This document shows positions 45,332-54,424 of a stretch of 64,000 nt of DNA, piece after piece (position 1 is the stretch's first letter; each line of letters opens with the position of its first letter). The position numbers and the translations under genes were made by a program. The notes below the pieces were generated by a model that was not told the DNA's origin, searched no databases, and was given only the letters and a program-made list of their open reading frames with translations. Where the stretch lies: positions 1,054 through 65,053 of IMG/VR virus record IMGVR_UViG_3300003320_000592. One strand, written 5' to 3'. The stretch is from a virus.

Positions 45332-45667
45332 ATGGGCCAATACACTGACGAACAGCTTCAGGCGGATCACGAGGCGAGCGGCCACACCGCGCCGCGGGTC
45401 ACGCCCGACCGCATCGACAGCCTGATCCGGGCCGAGCAGTACTGGCAGCCGGAGGACACCACCCTCACGGTCTGCGTGCTCACGTTGGCCAACGGCTTCC
45501 ACGTCGTCGGCTACTCCGCCTCGGCCAGCGCGGAGAACTTCGACGAGCAGATCGGCCGCAAGCTGGCCAAGGACAAGGCCCGTAGCGAGGTCTGGGCGCT
45601 GGAGGGATATCTGCTCAGGCAGAACCTGTATGAGCAGGAGACACACACGGGGGAATCGGCCGAATGA
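45332..45667 (+). CDS. N4 gp49/Sf6 gp66 family protein
   Basis: RVT..RID, LTVCVLTLANGF.VVG.SA.AS.ENFD.QIG...A...VWALEGYLL. Confidence 0.85.
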   Translation: MGQYTDEQLQADHEASGHTAPRVTPDRIDSLIRAEQYWQPEDTTLTVCVLTLANGFHVVGYSASASAENFDEQIGRKLAKDKARSEVWALEGYLLRQNLYEQETHTGESAE

Positions 45668-45963
45668 CCACCGCCCGCGGCGAAATCACCCGTGGCACAC
45701 CCGATCAGTTGCACGACCAGCTGGTCGGGAAGGTGTGGCTGGCTCAGGTGCGCGGCCAGTGGCCGATCTCCGTGCTCGTCTCGGAGAGCCAAGTCGTCAC
45801 CTGGCTGAAGCAGAATCCGACCGGCGTGGCATGGGAGTACCAGGTCACGCCGGTACGGCGTGTCGAGGTCGTCACCCCCGAGCCGTTCCTGGCCGAGCAC
45901 CAGCCGAAGGACCCGACGCCCTGCCTGGACGATACGCAGCGATTGGAGCGGGTTCAACGATGA
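45664..45963 (+). CDS. Hypothetical protein
   Basis: ATGA coupling. Confidence 0.5.
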   Translation: MTTARGEITRGTPDQLHDQLVGKVWLAQVRGQWPISVLVSESQVVTWLKQNPTGVAWEYQVTPVRRVEVVTPEPFLAEHQPKDPTPCLDDTQRLERVQR

Positions 45964-46073
45964 CTGGGAGTCCGCCCCCGTCCGCGTCCGAAGCATCCAC
46001 CCGCTAAGAGACCGGCGCTCCGGCGCGCGCAGATCCGCTCCGATCCTGCGGTGGGCCCGACGTCGTCCATGAG

Positions 46074-48716
46074 GTGCGGTTCGCTGAGCCGGACAAGAGG
46101 AATCCTGATCGCATGAGCCTGCTGACGGAATGGGCCAGGCGGCTCGACCCCGCCACGGTGGTCGAGTCCGCCACATCCCGCTGGCACCGTGCCGCCCGCC
46201 CCGAGCAGCGTCTGCCCGAGGGCGACTGGCGAGTGATCTACTTCCAGGGCGGCCGGGGTTGTATCGCGCCATGGACGCGGATTTGGCTTCCGCTGGAGGG
46301 CAGATACGAACGAGTGGATGAACTGGCCGCCGCTGGTCAATCGATTACAGTGCTCACGTTGGGTGGTCCATCCCGCACTGATGGTGCGCCATTCGCCAAG
46401 GGCGTCGCCGATTTGTACGAAGTGATTATGGAGGATGAGCGCCGGGTCACGGTGACTGGTCAGCACCGTTTTCTGACGCCGCGAGGATGGCGGCGACTCG
46501 CCGACGTGCGCGTCGGACAGCTTCTTGCCGTCGCTGCTCCCGTTCTGCCGCAGGCAGGTTCTTGTTGCCAGTCATGTTGTTCATCAGGTGTTCGGCGTTC
46601 GACGAGTACAGAACCAAGTTGCTCGGATCGTTGTCCGACGTGTCACGGTTCCTGTGGTCGACCACTTCGTTCGGTAGCAGATACCGACCGATCTGCTGCT
46701 CCATCACAAGGCGGTGTTGCCGCACGTACCCGTTCACAGCGCGTGGATGGTCGGGGTGGTGCACAAGGATGTATCCCTCTTCATCAACTGTGTATCCGCC
46801 TCGCCAGAAGTGGTTGCGGCTCGATCGCGCCTTCGCAGGGAGTCGTGGCAAGTCGAGGTTCTTCATCCGACGCCGCACCGTCTCCTCAGAAACACCGAGT
46901 AACGGCGCCATCTCTCGCGTACTCATCTGCTGACCAGCTAGTTCGCGAAGCAGATCTTCATCCACCGGAATCCGTCTGGTCTCCGTTCGACGAGCGATGG
47001 ATTCAGGACTCTTCTTCCGTCCCAGATGTGCAGCCGAGATCTTCGCTCGGTGCTCATCCGACATCCGTTGACCTTTGCGCGGCATATGCTGATTCTACAG
47101 CGTGGTCGCGGATTGTGGTGGTGCGACCAGTCGGAAGAGGGGTTTTCTACGACCTGACGGTACCTGGCGCAGAGCACTACCTGGCCGAGGGAATCTGGCA
47201 CCACAACAGCGGCAAGACCCGGGCCGGATCGTCCGGCCTCGCGGAGATCATCGAGGCGGACCACGACTTCGATCCGCCGGGGGAGTATGGAATCATCGCT
47301 CCGACCTACCGGGACGCGTGGACGGTGTGCGTCGAGGGCGAGTCCGGGATCCTCAAGGCGCTCGGCACCACGGCCGGCGAGGTCAAGAACGGGCAGTCGC
47401 GCACGGTCGAGTACGCCTACCGCAGCTACGGCGAGATCGGCCTGCGCAGCGGCCATGTGATCTACGTGGACTCGGCCGACGACGGCGCCCTGCGGGTGCA
47501 GGGCAAGAACCTGCGCGCGGTCTGGGGCGACGAGATCGGCCTGTGGAAGCGCTGGAAGCTGGCCTGGGAGGAGTCGATCCGGTACGCGGTCCGCAAGGGA
47601 CGCGCCCAGATCATCCTCACCGGGACGCCGAAGGCGTCGCGGCCCGCGCGTGCGCTGGTGCGCCGCCTGATCAAGGCGGCACGCGGGGACGACGAGTTCG
47701 CGGACGGCCCCGTGATCCTGCGCCGGCTGCGCACCATCGACAACATCGCCAACCTGGCCGAGTCCTTCGTGCGCACGGTCGTCGGCGCGGCCAAGGGAAC
47801 CCGGCTGGAGCGCCAGGAGCTCGAAGGCGACCTGCTGGACGACGTCGCCAACTCGCTGTGGTCCCGGGAGACGATCGACAACTGCCAGTGCCCGGCCGTC
47901 GGCGCAGAAGGCGGCCCGGACTACCTGACGTCGGTGCGCATGGGCGTGGACCCGTCCGACGGCACCGAGGAGTCCGACGAGCAGGCGTACACCGTCGCCG
48001 GGCTCGGGCCGTTCCGCGACCAGATCTACGTCATCGAGTCGTGGGGCGGCCAGGAGGCTCCGGCGCCGTTCGCCCGGCGGTTCCTCAAGCGTGCTGCGGA
48101 GCTGGACGCCACGGTCACCGTGGAGAAGAACCACGGCGGCCAGTGGATGATGGACCTGATCGAGCAGATCCAGCGGGACATGCTGGCCAAGGGCGAGATC
48201 ACCAAGCGCGTTAAGGTGGAGAAGATCCACGCGGGCGAGTCCAAGCGTACCCGCGCCGAACCGGTGTCCGGTCTGTACGAGCGGGGCGTGGTGCAGCACG
48301 CGGGCGGTCCTTTTGTGGATCTTGAGGACCAGATGGCGACCTTCACCGGCGCCAAGGACGAGCGGTCTCCCGACCGGCTCGACTCGCTCGTGTGGGCCTG
48401 CCATCCGTTCCTCCAGATGACCTTCGGACCCGTGCAGCGCGCACTCGTGGCGAAGTGGAGCCGGGACGGCGGAGAGCTGGCGTCTGCGGTACCGCTGGAG
48501 CGCGGCCGCGGCGGCGACCCGATCGAGGCGCCGGATCCCGACGGCGGCCGCGTCTCGGTGCCCCGCGGGCTCCGGCAGCGGATGGCGCACGAGGCCGCCA
48601 TGGCGCAGCCGTTCGGAGATCTTGACGGATGGGGTCCGCAGGATGCGGAAGACGTACCTGAGCACGGGGCGCACGGCAACGTGCACTCGTGGTCGTCCGC
48701 CTCGTCGCCGTTCTAG
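46074..48716 (+). CDS. terL: Terminase large subunit interrupted by an intein
   Basis: QGGRG/SGKT Walker A after splicing; WGDEIG Walker B; LTGTP; GVDPS, VEKNHGG, SPDRLDSLVWA nuclease motifs. Confidence 0.92.
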   Translation: MRFAEPDKRNPDRMSLLTEWARRLDPATVVESATSRWHRAARPEQRLPEGDWRVIYFQGGRGCIAPWTRIWLPLEGRYERVDELAAAGQSITVLTLGGPSRTDGAPFAKGVADLYEVIMEDERRVTVTGQHRFLTPRGWRRLADVRVGQLLAVAAPVLPQAGSCCQSCCSSGVRRSTSTEPSCSDRCPTCHGSCGRPLRSVADTDRSAAPSQGGVAARTRSQRVDGRGGAQGCIPLHQLCIRLARSGCGSIAPSQGVVASRGSSSDAAPSPQKHRVTAPSLAYSSADQLVREADLHPPESVWSPFDERWIQDSSSVPDVQPRSSLGAHPTSVDLCAAYADSTAWSRIVVVRPVGRGVFYDLTVPGAEHYLAEGIWHHNSGKTRAGSSGLAEIIEADHDFDPPGEYGIIAPTYRDAWTVCVEGESGILKALGTTAGEVKNGQSRTVEYAYRSYGEIGLRSGHVIYVDSADDGALRVQGKNLRAVWGDEIGLWKRWKLAWEESIRYAVRKGRAQIILTGTPKASRPARALVRRLIKAARGDDEFADGPVILRRLRTIDNIANLAESFVRTVVGAAKGTRLERQELEGDLLDDVANSLWSRETIDNCQCPAVGAEGGPDYLTSVRMGVDPSDGTEESDEQAYTVAGLGPFRDQIYVIESWGGQEAPAPFARRFLKRAAELDATVTVEKNHGGQWMMDLIEQIQRDMLAKGEITKRVKVEKIHAGESKRTRAEPVSGLYERGVVQHAGGPFVDLEDQMATFTGAKDERSPDRLDSLVWACHPFLQMTFGPVQRALVAKWSRDGGELASAVPLERGRGGDPIEAPDPDGGRVSVPRGLRQRMAHEAAMAQPFGDLDGWGPQDAEDVPEHGAHGNVHSWSSASSPF
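46447..47085 (-). CDS. HNH homing endonuclease (NUMOD3 + HTH + HNH) encoded antisense inside the TerL intein
   Basis: MSDEHRAKISAAHLGRKKS (NUMOD3); MSTREMAPLLGVSEETVRRRM (HTH); FWRGG...GYI...HPDHP...GYVRQHRLVME..IGRYLLPNEVVDHRNRDTSDNDPSNL (HNH). Confidence 0.88.
   Translation of the reverse strand: MPRKGQRMSDEHRAKISAAHLGRKKSPESIARRTETRRIPVDEDLLRELAGQQMSTREMAPLLGVSEETVRRRMKNLDLPRLPAKARSSRNHFWRGGYTVDEEGYILVHHPDHPRAVNGYVRQHRLVMEQQIGRYLLPNEVVDHRNRDTSDNDPSNLVLYSSNAEHLMNNMTGNKNLPAAEREQRRQEAVRRARRRVAAILAASENGADQSP
47086..47097 (-). promoter_or_regulatory. Leaderless -10 promoter for the antisense HNH gene
   Basis: TAGAAT exactly 6 nt before ATG on the minus strand; no clear -35. Confidence 0.55.
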
Positions 48717-48761
48717 CCACTCGGCGGTACCCTTCAACCAACGATCACCAGCGGAGGAGCC

Positions 48762-50363
48762 GTGGCCAAGGGACAGAACAGCGGGTTCAACGCGGTTCCG
48801 CCGCCGCAGTCGGACGGCACGTCGGCGAAGATATACACGTTCCCGGACGTCAAGCCATCGAGCAAGCGCGAACTGCTCGGCAAGGAGATGGGAACGCAGT
48901 TCGACCTCGGCCAGCGCCTGTTCGCCTGGTACGGTGAGGGCGATGTGTTCGACTATGGTGAATATACTGCCCGTGATATGAAGGCGATGTTCCGCCGGGA
49001 CGGCATCTGCTCGGCCGTCGAGTCGGTGCTCACGCTGCCGATCCGCGAGGCCGAGTTCTCGATCGAGCCCGCCAAGGGCGACTCCGGGGAGACGGACTTC
49101 GCACGCAGCGTCCTGATGACCCCGGACACCGAGGGTGGCATGTGCACGCCGCTGCACGAGCTCGTCGGCCAGGTCACTTCCGCCCAGGTGTACCGGCGCG
49201 CGTTCTTCGAGAAGGTGTGGAAGGTGCGCCAGACGGACGGAGCGGTCATCTACGACAAGATCGCTTTCCGGCCTCCGGCGACCTGCCAGGCCCGGTACGA
49301 CTCGCGCACCGCGGTGCCGAACGGCTTCCGGCAGCAGGTGTGGCTGTTCGGCGGGAACCTGATGCTCACCAAGGAGCAGAAGGTCCCCGGATACGTCGAC
49401 ATCCCCAAGGTCCGGTCGTACATCCACACCAACGGCAAGCACCGCGAGCCGCTGACCGGCGTGTCCGAGATGGACGTGTCGTACTGGGTGTATCAGACCA
49501 AGATGAAGCTGCTGTTCCTCTGGTACTACTTCCTGGAGAACCAGGCGATGCAGCGCATCATCGTCTACGGGGTCGACCAGCCCGAGGCCAACGCGCGGGC
49601 CACCGACATCTCCCAGCTCAAGGGCGCGGGCGTGGTGGGCCTGACGCAGCCGCCGGACGGCAAGAAGGCCTTCGACACGATCCCGCAGTCCTCCGACGTC
49701 GGCCAGTTCTTCTCCGAGGCCATGATGTTCCTGGAGGGCTGGCAGACCCAGTCCGTGCTGGCCGGGTTCATGGGCCTGGTCGGCGGGGCCACGGCGGGCA
49801 GGGGCGCATACTCGCTGTCTCAGGACCAGAGCGCGTTCTACCTCAAGTCACGGCAGGCCGTGGCTAAGGAGATCGCCGAATCGCTGACCTACGACGTCAT
49901 CCGCCCGCTGGTGCTGCTCAACTACGGCCCCGGCGCGTCGTTCCCCACCTGGCGGTTCGGCCCGCTCCAGGACGAGCAGCTCCAGGCCCTGATCACCCTG
50001 TTCGGCCAGCTGGCTTCGGCGCCCGCGCTGCACATCCCTATCTCGGTACTCGACCTGATCACCGAGCGGATGGCCTCGATCCTCCAGCTCGACGTCGACC
50101 AGGTGCACCAGGCGCTGGTGTCCACCGTGCAGCAGCGCTCCGAGCAGCTGGCCGCGCAGCCCCCGCCCGGGATGCCCCCGTCGGCCGCAGCCGGCCTCGG
50201 CGCGGCGCAGGGTCTGGTCGGCGCGGCGCAGCGCCTGACGCAGCACGCCGCCCAGAGGCAGGGCGGCGTTCCCGAGGGACTGCGCGCAGCAGCACCCGTC
50301 CCGCCGCCCGAGCCGTCCCGCCTCGGCGCAGGCGGCCAGGCACCCCCTAGGCCGCCGGCATGA
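48762..50363 (+). CDS. Portal protein (DUF935/Mu gp29-like)
   Basis: Follows terL; 533 aa; GAYSLSQDQ, VIRPLVLLNYGP motifs. Confidence 0.8.
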   Translation: MAKGQNSGFNAVPPPQSDGTSAKIYTFPDVKPSSKRELLGKEMGTQFDLGQRLFAWYGEGDVFDYGEYTARDMKAMFRRDGICSAVESVLTLPIREAEFSIEPAKGDSGETDFARSVLMTPDTEGGMCTPLHELVGQVTSAQVYRRAFFEKVWKVRQTDGAVIYDKIAFRPPATCQARYDSRTAVPNGFRQQVWLFGGNLMLTKEQKVPGYVDIPKVRSYIHTNGKHREPLTGVSEMDVSYWVYQTKMKLLFLWYYFLENQAMQRIIVYGVDQPEANARATDISQLKGAGVVGLTQPPDGKKAFDTIPQSSDVGQFFSEAMMFLEGWQTQSVLAGFMGLVGGATAGRGAYSLSQDQSAFYLKSRQAVAKEIAESLTYDVIRPLVLLNYGPGASFPTWRFGPLQDEQLQALITLFGQLASAPALHIPISVLDLITERMASILQLDVDQVHQALVSTVQQRSEQLAAQPPPGMPPSAAAGLGAAQGLVGAAQRLTQHAAQRQGGVPEGLRAAAPVPPPEPSRLGAGGQAPPRPPA

Positions 50364-51139
50364 CCACCGACACGCAGCAGCAGAGCGGTCTGAACGAGGC
50401 TGCGGAGATCCTCGTCGCGCTCGGCATCGCGGCCAGCATCCCCGCGGCCGTCCAGATGCTGAACGGCAACCCGGCGCTGCAGCAGCAGATTCTGCAACAG
50501 GAGCAGCCGCAACCGCAGCCCGCCGCGCAGTCGGGCGGCCCGAGCGACACCGACTTGGCAGCGGCGGCGGCCGTGGCGCTCGGAGCGGCGGTCACCGTGC
50601 CCGCGGTCGTGGCGCTGTTGGCCAGGCTGTACATACAGGCCGGCATCAGTCGGTTGGCCCTGCACGCCGCGGTCGAGGTGGCCATGTCCATGCCACCGGA
50701 GGTGACCGGGATCGCAGGCCCGGCCACGGCGCAGGTCGACCGGCTCAACCGGATTCGACGCGGGCAGATGTTCCTGTCGATCGCACGACGCCTGACCTCA
50801 GACGTCAAGCAGGCACTCTCACAGAACCGCAGCATCGCCCGGGCGCTGCTCGACGGCGTGGCGCGCGAGCGTCGCTACTACGGCCTGCACCGGGATGCGA
50901 TGTGGTCTAGGTCCAGGGCCGCGATGGCGGTGGACATGGCTGCGATGCAGTACGGGCTGCTGCTCGGCTGGCACGCGCACGACGACGACCGCACCACCCC
51001 AGACTGCCGGGCCGCGGACGGCAAGAACTTCCGCGTCGACGCCATGCCGAGGATCGGGTTCCCCGGCACCGTCCACGCCCGGTGCCGCTGCACACCGGTG
51101 AGTCCATACCCCGGTGCAGCGCTACTGCCGTTCGCATGA
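50360..51139 (+). CDS. MuF-like head morphogenesis protein
   Basis: DDRTTPDCRAADG...PG.VHARCRC. Confidence 0.75.
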   Translation: MTTDTQQQSGLNEAAEILVALGIAASIPAAVQMLNGNPALQQQILQQEQPQPQPAAQSGGPSDTDLAAAAAVALGAAVTVPAVVALLARLYIQAGISRLALHAAVEVAMSMPPEVTGIAGPATAQVDRLNRIRRGQMFLSIARRLTSDVKQALSQNRSIARALLDGVARERRYYGLHRDAMWSRSRAAMAVDMAAMQYGLLLGWHAHDDDRTTPDCRAADGKNFRVDAMPRIGFPGTVHARCRCTPVSPYPGAALLPFA

Positions 51140-51750
51140 TGAAGGAGCTCACCGTGGGAATCCCGCTGGTCATCGCCGAACTCACCGGCGAATACGAGAG
51201 AAATCTGCGCCGGTTCACCTGGGGCAGCGGCCGAGACGGTAAGATATGCGCCGCGCGCTCGACGACGGACTGGGCGGCCGGGCACGACGCCTTCAAGGTG
51301 ATCGGCAAGTTCCCGGAGTCCGAATCCGAGCTCGTCCACGGAGACAACTGGCCGCGCGAAGACTCGCACTGGCCGACGCATTGCGCGCACTGCGGATACG
51401 AGTTCGAGGATGCCGACCAGTGGCAGCGCAACGACAACGCCCTGTACCGGAGGCCGGACGGCGTCGAGTTCGTACTGTGGGGAGACCTAAGCAACATCCC
51501 TCCCGGCACGATGTGCCGACTTCCGTGGGCCGACCAGTACATGTCCACCCGGCACCCGCAGCACGTCGAGTCCTGGCGCGTCCAGCTGCCGGACGGCGGC
51601 GAATGGATCACCAGCCAGGCAGCCAGCGGCGGCGGGTTCTGGACAGTGACCGGAACACCGCCGATGATCGACGTGACACCGTCCATCTGGCACAGCACGC
51701 CGACCGGCTGGCACGGCTTCATCCGCAACGGCATGCTCGAACCGGCCTAG
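51136..51750 (+). CDS. Hypothetical protein (C-terminal VTPSI...WHGFIRNG, DUF6527-like)
   Basis: CAHCG and C-terminal motif. Confidence 0.5.
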   Translation: MMKELTVGIPLVIAELTGEYERNLRRFTWGSGRDGKICAARSTTDWAAGHDAFKVIGKFPESESELVHGDNWPREDSHWPTHCAHCGYEFEDADQWQRNDNALYRRPDGVEFVLWGDLSNIPPGTMCRLPWADQYMSTRHPQHVESWRVQLPDGGEWITSQAASGGGFWTVTGTPPMIDVTPSIWHSTPTGWHGFIRNGMLEPA

Positions 51751-51760
51751 GGAGTGGATC

Positions 51761-53164
51761 ATGACGCTTGCGCGCAAGACACCGGTACCGCTCTCACAGC
51801 TCAAGGCGCGCACGGCCAGCGGCATGCGGGCCCTGGCCGGGAAGATCGACGACGAGATGCCCGGCATGGCCGCGCCGCACCACCTGCGCGACGCCGCGCG
51901 CGCGCTGGAGTCCGGCAACCACGCGGGCGCGAAGCGCCACCTCCAGGCCGCGATGCACACGATGACCCCCATGTCGCTGATGCGGCACGGCGTGCTCGAC
52001 GACGACGGACACTCCAAGGCCAAGGCCAACATGGACCTGATCAACCGACACCACCTGCTCGTCGGAGACATCGAGGACGGCGAGCGACACAACGAGTCGG
52101 TCCGCGCCACACCGGCCACCTTCACGCAGCCAGGCAACCTGCCGATGGGAAGGTCCATGAACCCGCTGGACCTGCCGGGGCCGGCGGGCAACGGCCCCGG
52201 AGCACCCAAGACGGCCAAGGCCGCCATGGTTCCGGCCCCGCCGCAGAACACCGGCATCGACCGCGCGATGGCCGGCGGTCCGAAGGCGCCGAGCCGCCCG
52301 GAGAAGCAACTTCCGGGACACCCGGAGCCGGCGGCCGTGCTGTCCTGGTCCGACATCGACCGGCTTATCGAGCTGTCCGCCGAGACCGGGAAGCTGGCCA
52401 TCACGCCCGCCCCGTACGGACGCCCAGGCGGCCCCGGACTGTACGGCGTGAAGGGCCAGAAGCACTCGGACTACTTCGAACAGATCGTTAAGGCGCTGAT
52501 GGAGAAGCGCGGCATGGACAAGGGCAAGGCGTCCGCCGTCGCCTGGGGTGCTCTGCGCCGCTGGCGGGCCAAGTCCAAGCACCCCGAAGTCCGGTCCGCG
52601 GCCACCGGAGCCCTGGCCGAGGAGGCCGCCAAGCACGGGCACGAGCACTCGACCACGTGGTCCGACATCGACCGGCTGATCGAACTGACGGGCACCGCGG
52701 CGGGCGCCGCCCAGGACCCGCGCATCCCGCTGGGACAGACCGGAGCTGGCCAGTTCGGATCCGGCGGGTCGTCGTCCTCGAAGTCCGCCAACAGCGCCGC
52801 GACGGCCAAACAGAAGGCCGCGCAAAAGGCGCGGCTCCTGGCCCAGGCCGCACAGGACCGCGCGATGGCCGCCGAGTACGCGAAGCTGCTCGTCGCCCTC
52901 CAGAAGGCCAAGACGTCCACGGCCAAGAAGACGGCCGCCGCGACGGCCGCGGCGACCAAGGCGGGCACGACGGGCAAGACGGCGTCCTCCACCCCGGCGA
53001 AGAAGACGGTGGCGAAGAAGACGCCGGCGAGCATCGCGAGCGCAAACTTCAAGGCCAAGACATCGGGGATGTCCACGAGCCAACAGGCCGGATGGCTCAA
53101 GCAGGAGATCAAGAGCACGCTGGCGCAGGCAGCCGCCCTGACCAAGCAGGCGGGAGCGCTGTGA
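51761..53164 (+). CDS. Head-associated multidomain protein
   Basis: Repeated WSDIDRLIEL; PRIPLGQTGAGQFG motif; Lys/Ala-rich basic tail. Confidence 0.55.
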   Translation: MTLARKTPVPLSQLKARTASGMRALAGKIDDEMPGMAAPHHLRDAARALESGNHAGAKRHLQAAMHTMTPMSLMRHGVLDDDGHSKAKANMDLINRHHLLVGDIEDGERHNESVRATPATFTQPGNLPMGRSMNPLDLPGPAGNGPGAPKTAKAAMVPAPPQNTGIDRAMAGGPKAPSRPEKQLPGHPEPAAVLSWSDIDRLIELSAETGKLAITPAPYGRPGGPGLYGVKGQKHSDYFEQIVKALMEKRGMDKGKASAVAWGALRRWRAKSKHPEVRSAATGALAEEAAKHGHEHSTTWSDIDRLIELTGTAAGAAQDPRIPLGQTGAGQFGSGGSSSSKSANSAATAKQKAAQKARLLAQAAQDRAMAAEYAKLLVALQKAKTSTAKKTAAATAAATKAGTTGKTASSTPAKKTVAKKTPASIASANFKAKTSGMSTSQQAGWLKQEIKSTLAQAAALTKQAGAL

Positions 53165-54297
53165 GCATCAGCAGCCAGGCGACCACAAGTTCGAAGAACA
53201 CCGGGAGCGAACTACCACCGGTCCCGTCCGACCGTGCTGCGGCGCCGATGTTCACCGCGCAGCAGGTGAGCGGCATCGACAGCGAACTAGCGTACGCCGA
53301 GGACCACATGCGCGCCATGCGCGCGGCCGGGAAGGACACAGGCCTCCGACGGCGCCACAACCTGCACTTCGACAGCCACCTGCAGCACGCCATGCACCAC
53401 GCCGAGCTGCTCAAGGACAACATGCTCGCGCACTACCCGGCCGAGGCAGCCGAGTGGAAGTCGCTGAACCGGGTCATGGACCTGGCCGGGTACAGCCTGA
53501 ACAAGCGGTCCGGCATGATCTCCCTGGATATACCGCCGGGAACGATTCCGCCCGTTCCGGACGGCGTGGACGACCACCACATCACGGTGGTCTACCTCGG
53601 ACCGGACGTGGACGACGAGGCGTACGCCGAGGCGTGTCGCCGAGCGAAGGAAGCGGCGTCGGCGATGCCGGGGCCCTTGTCCGGCACGGTCGGCGGCGTG
53701 GGCTCGTTCCCTCCGGGCGACAAGGGCATGACGCCCGCGTGGGCCGGGGTCGTGCTGCCGGGAGTGGAGCGCATCCGCGGCGCGCTGGAGGACCTCTCCG
53801 CGAGCCAGCACAAGGACTGGAAGCCCCACGTCACCCTGGCGATGCTGGATCCGGGCGAGCCGCTCCCGAACCCCGTGCCGCCGACCCCGGTGACATTCAC
53901 GCATCTGTCGGTCCACCGCGGCAGCGACGTGACGCGGTACCCGCTCGGCGGCGGTTCCGTGGAGATGGCGCAGTCGGTCAATCCGGAGGCCAAGGCGGCG
54001 TCCTTCGCTCACCTACTCCAGACGATCAAGTACGACGGGGCCCACGCCCGGCGCCACTCCATCGCGATGCTCACCGGAACCGACGAGGCGGCGTGGAAGT
54101 TCGATGCCGACCACGCTGAGAAGCACATGCGCGGCGCCCGTGAGCACGCGAGCAAGCTCGCCGAGCACCTCTCGGACAACTACCCACGAGAGGCCGAGCT
54201 GCTCAAAGGACTAGAGAAAAAGTCTGATCTGTCCGTTAAGACCATATCCAGCCAGGCGATCGAATTGTCGTCTGGAACGTCCCCGCTCTACGGATAG
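53161..54297 (+). CDS. 2H phosphoesterase (2'-5' RNA ligase fold) flanked by two His-rich repeats
   Basis: HITVVYLG and KPHVTLAM HxT motifs. Confidence 0.8.
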   Translation: MSISSQATTSSKNTGSELPPVPSDRAAAPMFTAQQVSGIDSELAYAEDHMRAMRAAGKDTGLRRRHNLHFDSHLQHAMHHAELLKDNMLAHYPAEAAEWKSLNRVMDLAGYSLNKRSGMISLDIPPGTIPPVPDGVDDHHITVVYLGPDVDDEAYAEACRRAKEAASAMPGPLSGTVGGVGSFPPGDKGMTPAWAGVVLPGVERIRGALEDLSASQHKDWKPHVTLAMLDPGEPLPNPVPPTPVTFTHLSVHRGSDVTRYPLGGGSVEMAQSVNPEAKAASFAHLLQTIKYDGAHARRHSIAMLTGTDEAAWKFDADHAEKHMRGAREHASKLAEHLSDNYPREAELLKGLEKKSDLSVKTISSQAIELSSGTSPLYG

Positions 54298-54424
54298 ACG
54301 GTCGATTAGGCTCCGAAGTACCTTCCGTTCATTCGATTCGAAAGCCGCGGATGCTGTTGTGTCGTTTGGGCGGTATCATGCCCACAAAAGATCTCTGCGC
54401 GTATGCGCACAGGAGGTAGGCCGC

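Larger units (their letters stand above)
46260..47207 (+). mobile_element. Class 1 intein (316 aa) in the TerL P-loop; central region not a recognisable endonuclease in this frame
   Basis: CIAPWTRI block A; VTGQHRFLT block B; VFYDLTVPGAEHYLAEGIWHHN/S blocks F/G. Confidence 0.9.

Noticed and set aside
46500-47080. Cys-rich sense-frame insert as a metal-binding intein domain
   Set aside because: Cys spacing has no recognisable pattern and is explained as read-through of the antisense HNH gene.
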